From: an uncultured Verrucomicrobiota bacterium
GTDB lineage: Bacteria; Verrucomicrobiota; Kiritimatiellia; RZYC01
Length of the DNA stretch: 64,000 nucleotides
Direction: 5' to 3'
NCBI GenBank assembly: GCA_964490935.1
Contig: CAZBEO010000002.1
Coordinates: 12,804 to 76,803, forward strand
Shown here one piece after another: positions 59,227 to 64,000 of this stretch (within the stretch, counting starts at the first letter, position 1; every line of letters starts with the position of its first letter). The position numbers were made by a program, and so were the translations under genes. Below the pieces are notes generated by a model, which searched no databases, had not been told where the DNA came from, and saw only the letters and a list, made by a program, of their open reading frames with translations.

Positions 59227-60258
59227 CTACATCGTTTTACCCACCGCGCCTGCAATCGCCCGCATCTGTTCCATCATCAGTCGGAACTTCGCGGGAACCA
59301 GCGACTGCGATCCATCCGAGAACGCCTCTTCCGGGCGCGGATGCACTTCCACCATCACTCCATCGGCCCCCGCCGCCACCGCCGCGCACGCCATCGGGCG
59401 CACCAGATCCCAGTGCCCCGTACCGTGACTCGGGTCCACAATCACCGGCAAATGAGTCTCGCGGTTCAGCACCGGCACGGCACTCAAATCCAGCGTATTG
59501 CGCGTCATCGGCTCAAACGTCCGAATGCCGCGCTCACACAGAATCACCCGCTGATTGCCCTGACTCATCACATACTCCGCGCTCATCAGCAGTTCCTGAA
59601 TCGTACTCGAAAGCCCGCGCTTGATCATCACCGGCTTGTCGCAACGTCCCACCACCTTCAGCAAATTAAAATTCTGCATATTGCGCGCACCGATCTGAAT
59701 GATGTCGCACATCTCCTCAATCATCTCCACATCCCGCGTGTCCATCACTTCCGACACAATATACAACCCGTACTTCTCACGTGCCTCCGCCAGAATCGAA
59801 AGCCCCTTCACGCCCATGCCCTGAAAAGCATACGGCGAGGTTCGCGGCTTGAACGCACCCGCGCGAAGTACCGTCGCACCCGCCTCTTTCACGCACTGTG
59901 CCACTTCCAAGAGGCCTTCACGACTCTCCACCGCGCACGGACCCGCCATCACCACCAGCTCATTCCCGCCGATGCGTACCGGCGCTGCCCCGTTCAGCGA
60001 CGGCAGTTCAATCACGGTACGGGCCGGATGAAACGCCGCATTCGCCAGCTTGTACGGCTTGACCACGTTCATCGTGTAATCCACACCCGGAAACACATCC
60101 ACCGGTTTCACGCGAAGAATCGACTCATTGCCGATCACACCGATAATCGAGCGCTCCTCGCCCCGACTCAGGCTCGGCGTCAGCCCCCATTCCCGTATCT
60201 TTTCCAGGATGTGCTCGATCTGCGCCTCGGTGGCGTCCCGCTTCAATACAATAATCAT
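59227..60258 (-). CDS. aroF: DAHP synthase type I-beta with an N-terminal regulatory domain
   Basis: [40 protein letters not shown]. Confidence 0.95.
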   Translation of the reverse strand: MIIVLKRDATEAQIEHILEKIREWGLTPSLSRGEERSIIGVIGNESILRVKPVDVFPGVDYTMNVVKPYKLANAAFHPARTVIELPSLNGAAPVRIGGNELVVMAGPCAVESREGLLEVAQCVKEAGATVLRAGAFKPRTSPYAFQGMGVKGLSILAEAREKYGLYIVSEVMDTRDVEMIEEMCDIIQIGARNMQNFNLLKVVGRCDKPVMIKRGLSSTIQELLMSAEYVMSQGNQRVILCERGIRTFEPMTRNTLDLSAVPVLNRETHLPVIVDPSHGTGHWDLVRPMACAAVAAGADGVMVEVHPRPEEAFSDGSQSLVPAKFRLMMEQMRAIAGAVGKTM

Positions 60259-61364
60259 GACAAAATAACCCCTTCCTGCATCAATTCCTTCATCGCATGA
60301 ATCAATCGTTTATTTTCATGCGCCGTACCCACCGTCACCCGAATCCATTCCGGCATCGCATAACCCGCCACCGGACGCACAATCACCTTCTTGCGCTGCA
60401 ACGCCTCAAACACGCGCCGCCCCTCGCCCACCTTCACCAGCATGAAATTCGCACGCGATGGAACAATCTCCAGCTTCATCTCCCCGAAACTCTGCTCCAG
60501 AAAAGCCAGTCCTTCCTTCACCATGAGCCGCGTCTTTTCCACATGCGCCTCATCATCCAGAGCCGCCAGTGCTGCTATCTGTCCCATTGCATTCACATTA
60601 AACGGCTGGCGCACCCGGTTCAACAACTCGATCTCCCGCTTTCCGGCAATGCCATAGCCCACCCGCAGGCCCGCCAAGCCATACGCCTTCGAAAACGTAC
60701 GCAGCACATACACATGCGGACGCGATCGCACATACTGAATCAGATCCGGCTGATCCTCAGGCTCCATCATCTCGATATACGCCTCGTCAAACACCACGGC
60801 CACATGATCCGGCACCCGCCGCATGAATCCATCGATCTCCTCCGGCTCAAGAACCGTACCCGTCGGATTGTTCGGATTCGCAATAAACACAATACGCGTC
60901 TGCTCATCAATCGCCTCGAGCATCGCATCCAGATCATGCCGATACGCCTTCATCGGCACCGCCTTCACACCTGCCTGACGCGCCGCCGCCGCCAGCCGAT
61001 ACACCACAAACGCACGATCCGCCATCACGATATTCTTGCCCTTGCTCAGATAAAGCGTCGCGATCATTTCCAGCAGCTCATTGCTGCCATTGCCCACGAT
61101 CACTTCCTCCAGATGAACCCGCAGCCGCGTCGCCAATTTTTCCCGCAGATAATGTGAACCCCCGTCCGGATAAAAATGCATCTTTTCCGCCGCCTGCTTC
61201 ATCGCCTTCACCGCCAGCGGAGAAGGCCCAAGCGAATTCTCGTTCGACGCCAACTTGCAGATTTCATCCACACAATCAAAACCCAGTTCCCGCGCCACCT
61301 CCTCGATCGGTTTGCCCGGCTCATAATATCCCAAATCCGCAATCCACTCATTTTCTATCTGCAT
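60255..61364 (-). CDS. hisC: Histidinol-phosphate/aromatic aminotransferase
   Basis: YEPGK, KLASNEN, NPNNPTG, DEAY, RTFSKAYGLAGLRVG. Confidence 0.93.
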   Translation of the reverse strand: MQIENEWIADLGYYEPGKPIEEVARELGFDCVDEICKLASNENSLGPSPLAVKAMKQAAEKMHFYPDGGSHYLREKLATRLRVHLEEVIVGNGSNELLEMIATLYLSKGKNIVMADRAFVVYRLAAAARQAGVKAVPMKAYRHDLDAMLEAIDEQTRIVFIANPNNPTGTVLEPEEIDGFMRRVPDHVAVVFDEAYIEMMEPEDQPDLIQYVRSRPHVYVLRTFSKAYGLAGLRVGYGIAGKREIELLNRVRQPFNVNAMGQIAALAALDDEAHVEKTRLMVKEGLAFLEQSFGEMKLEIVPSRANFMLVKVGEGRRVFEALQRKKVIVRPVAGYAMPEWIRVTVGTAHENKRLIHAMKELMQEGVILS

Positions 61365-61476
61365 GATGTCATCCCTCGTTTAAACGTGAAAAATCGACCG
61401 CTTTTTACACTGTATCCCCCAACGTTGTCTGTAAAATATGACGATCAAAAGCGCCGTCCCGGCCCATGATCTATTT

Positions 61477-61563
61477 TTCCAATGATTGGAAAAGTGCCCT
61501 GAGGGCACCTTCAACTTTTCCAATGGTTGGAAAAATCGTCAAAAAAGTTTCCAATGATTGGAA
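61477..61563. repeat. Three TTCCAATGRTTGGAA palindromes in the divergent intergenic region
   Basis: Copies at 61477-61491, 61518-61532 and 61549-61563, plus GTGCCC-TGA-GGGCAC between the first two. Confidence 0.9.
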
Positions 61564-61622
61564 AAATCCTCCCGGATTAAAACTGTACAATCCGGCTCTA
61601 ATCGCACTATCGTAAATACGCA

Positions 61623-62666
61623 ATGAACGCCTTGGCCATTCAATCTGAAACAATCCTGCGCCTCACTCGGACGCTCCGCCGGATAGTGGCGATTCTGCTC
61701 TTTCTGCCGCTTCTTTCCACCTCCACTAACGCCGAACCGCTCACCGCCATGACCACCCGTGAAACACCCTACTACGTCACCGCCGAAGAAGAAACACCCT
61801 TGGGCACTCTGCCGCCCTATGTCACCCTTTCCATCCTCGAATTGCGCGAATCCTCCTCCCGAATGACTATCACCTTTGAGGCCGCCTCCGGCTCCTGGAT
61901 CACCGCCTTCGTGGATAAAGAGCTGATTGATGCCTCCTTCTACGCCACCCCGGAACCGTACTACCCGACCCTGGTCGAACCAACACCCGAATCCACCTCC
62001 ACCCCCGTACCAACGCCCACTCCGCTCCCACCCGACGCCCAGCGCATCACTCTGACCCGCCGAACCCCCGCCTACGACCCCGCAAACGCCTTTCGAGTGA
62101 TCGGATACTTCCCGCAGGGCGTCGAAATCCTCGTACTGAGCAATGCCGACGCCCAGGCATTCAGTCATGTGCTGTATGTTACCGGGGATGGACGCGAAAT
62201 CCGCGCCATCTGTCGCCAAGCCGACATTCTCCCGCCCGCGCTTCTTCAGGCAAGCGCACCAACCTCGCCGGGACGCGGCGGTGAAGTGGATCCGCTGAAA
62301 TGGTTCGAAAATCAGGAAGGCTACAAAGAAGCACTCAGCCTGCAACGAAGTACCAAGCGCAAAATACTCCTCTACTTCCACACCTCTTGGAACAACGACT
62401 GCAAGACCCTTTCCGATGAATTGCTCATGACCTCCGACTTCCTTCAGGCAACCAAGGAAATCATCAAGGTCTCCATCAATCCCGAGGAGGGGAAAAAGGA
62501 CGCCGCTCTCGCTGCAAAATATGATGTCTCCATCCTGCCCACCACCCTGGTTCTGGATGCCCCCGGCAGCGAACCGCGCAAAATCAAGCTGCTGAAAAAA
62601 ATGTACGGAAAAGCCCGTGTGGTGGATGTGCCCAAAGCCGTCGCCATCATTGAGACCACCCAGTGA
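61623..62666 (+). CDS. Exported protein with two SH3-like segments, a Pro/Thr linker and a thioredoxin-like domain
   Basis: Signal/TM segment; PT-rich linker; KILLYFHTSWNNDCK and YDVSILPTTLVL thioredoxin-fold pattern. Confidence 0.7.
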   Translation: MNALAIQSETILRLTRTLRRIVAILLFLPLLSTSTNAEPLTAMTTRETPYYVTAEEETPLGTLPPYVTLSILELRESSSRMTITFEAASGSWITAFVDKELIDASFYATPEPYYPTLVEPTPESTSTPVPTPTPLPPDAQRITLTRRTPAYDPANAFRVIGYFPQGVEILVLSNADAQAFSHVLYVTGDGREIRAICRQADILPPALLQASAPTSPGRGGEVDPLKWFENQEGYKEALSLQRSTKRKILLYFHTSWNNDCKTLSDELLMTSDFLQATKEIIKVSINPEEGKKDAALAAKYDVSILPTTLVLDAPGSEPRKIKLLKKMYGKARVVDVPKAVAIIETTQ

Positions 62667-62720
62667 AATTTGATAGTTGAAATCTGATATCTGACATTTG
62701 AAATCTGATATCTGAAATCG
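62665..62720. repeat. Eight tandem heptamers (consensus GAWATYT)
   Basis: GAAATTT GATAGTT GAAATCT GATATCT GACATTT GAAATCT GATATCT GAAATCG between convergent genes. Confidence 0.8.
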
Positions 62721-62724
62721 ATTG

Positions 62725-64000
62725 TCAGCCAGCGAGCCCCGCCGCAGCCTCCCGGCGCTGCTGGATCGTCTTCTGCGCCTTGCGCAGGGCCCCGTAGAGA
62801 AATGCTGGACGGACGGGCTTCGGAATATAATCATCCATTCCCACTTCAATACAATGGTTCCGGTCCTCGGGCAGAACATGGGCCGTCATTCCCGCGATAT
62901 ACACCGTCTTGCCCATTTTTCGAATATCGCCCGTGGTCTCGAGCCCATCTTTGCCCGGCATTTGAACATCCATCAGAATGATGTCGTACTCTTTCGACTG
63001 AATCATCCTAATCACTTCGTTTCCATCGGACGCTAAATCCGCCTTTAGGCCCACTTTTTCCAGCATCTTCAGAGCCACCTTCTGGTTCACCAGATTATCT
63101 TCCGCCAGCAGAATATTCACCGGCACATCCAACACGCCCGTTTTTGTGTCCCGGTCCTCTTCCAGATTTTCCAGCGCCGTATCGCCCAGAAGAATGCGCA
63201 CCAGCGTCGCGCGCAGTTTTCGGAACGGCACGGGCTTCACTAGCCAGGCATCCATCTCCACATCCGCCTTCTCCGCACCCAAACTCGCCAGATGAACAAA
63301 GGGGCATGCGCCAGCTGAAAGCCGCTCATCCAACCGATCCGTCCAGTGGGGAATGCGGTCCACGATGGTATTGTCCACCAGGCACACCTCCACCGAGGAG
63401 CACTCCGATTCCGTGAGTTGCTGAAGCTCCTTCTCGCTGCAGCAACTCACCACCTGCATACCCCATTTCTCAAGCACCCGTGCGAGCACCTCATACAGTG
63501 CCCGATTCCCCACGCTCAACAATACCCCGTGCCCCGTCAGCGGAATGCGAAAGGCCACCGGGACTGTTGGATTCGTAGATTTCTTTACCCGGATATGAAA
63601 ATCAAATTTCGATCCAACCCCCACCTGACTTTGCACGCTCAACGCTCCACCCATCATGCCGCACAACTCGCGACAGATCGAGAGCCCTAGCCCCGTGCCA
63701 CCATATTTGCGCGTCATCGAAGAATCGGCCTGCTTGAATGGATCGAATATCCGATGAATGTTTTCCGGCTCTACACCGATCCCCGTATCCACCACCGAAA
63801 AATAGATGAGGCAGCCATCACCGTCGTATTCCCCCGCTCTAGCCGACAGAATCACTTCGCCTTTATCCGTGAATTTGAGCGCATTATTCAGCAGATTGAC
63901 CAGAATCTGACGCACGCGTCCCAAATCGCCAACCACTGAATAGGGCACCTTAGGGTCCACTTCATAAATCAGTTCCACGCCCTTTTCCACCGCCTTCGGC
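62725..64000 (-). CDS. Hybrid histidine kinase (HATPase + degenerate REC + REC), 5' part outside the window
   Basis: RVRQILVNLLNNALKFT, DTGIG, FKQADSSMTRKYGGTGLGL, AEDNLVN, LMDVQMP. Confidence 0.93.
   Translation of the reverse strand, partial: PKAVEKGVELIYEVDPKVPYSVVGDLGRVRQILVNLLNNALKFTDKGEVILSARAGEYDGDGCLIYFSVVDTGIGVEPENIHRIFDPFKQADSSMTRKYGGTGLGLSICRELCGMMGGALSVQSQVGVGSKFDFHIRVKKSTNPTVPVAFRIPLTGHGVLLSVGNRALYEVLARVLEKWGMQVVSCCSEKELQQLTESECSSVEVCLVDNTIVDRIPHWTDRLDERLSAGACPFVHLASLGAEKADVEMDAWLVKPVPFRKLRATLVRILLGDTALENLEEDRDTKTGVLDVPVNILLAEDNLVNQKVALKMLEKVGLKADLASDGNEVIRMIQSKEYDIILMDVQMPGKDGLETTGDIRKMGKTVYIAGMTAHVLPEDRNHCIEVGMDDYIPKPVRPAFLYGALRKAQKTIQQRREAAAGLAG

Overview
GC-rich bacterial chromosomal window. 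A PVC-superphylum origin (Kiritimatiellota/Verrucomicrobia-like) is an inference from LpxI, type-2 IleRS, the Lys-rich DksA and the repeat style. It is mostly housekeeping and envelope genes: lpxA-radC-hflX-miaA-lspA-dksA-ileS; alr-tsaB-tsaE; lipA; lpxI-Gfo/Idh/MocA-lpxB; hisC-aroF-tyrA-aroA-cmk-plsC. It also holds an acyl-CoA ligase/2-oxoacid:ferredoxin oxidoreductase (Vor-like) cluster and a 13-gene tightly coupled minus-strand run joining TPM/LemA/Mla-type genes to an SH3-M48-CHASE2 adenylate cyclase-MBL hydrolase-cNMP-MscS module. The most unusual locus is tRNA-Pro(GGG) followed by a 66-bp tandem array (tRNA 3' end ending in CCA plus a 32-nt hairpin linker), then a stand-alone GIY-YIG nuclease whose stop codon lies in a degenerate copy of the linker. 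Several non-coding repeat families are present: a 115-bp inverted pair around manA, a ~97-bp double-hairpin family with compensatory changes, a 15-bp palindrome TTCCAATNATTGGAA found both between genes and inside proteins, a GTAG-REP mosaic and a heptamer array. No CRISPR array, rRNA, transposase or integrase was seen. All calls come from motif reading by eye, with no database searches.
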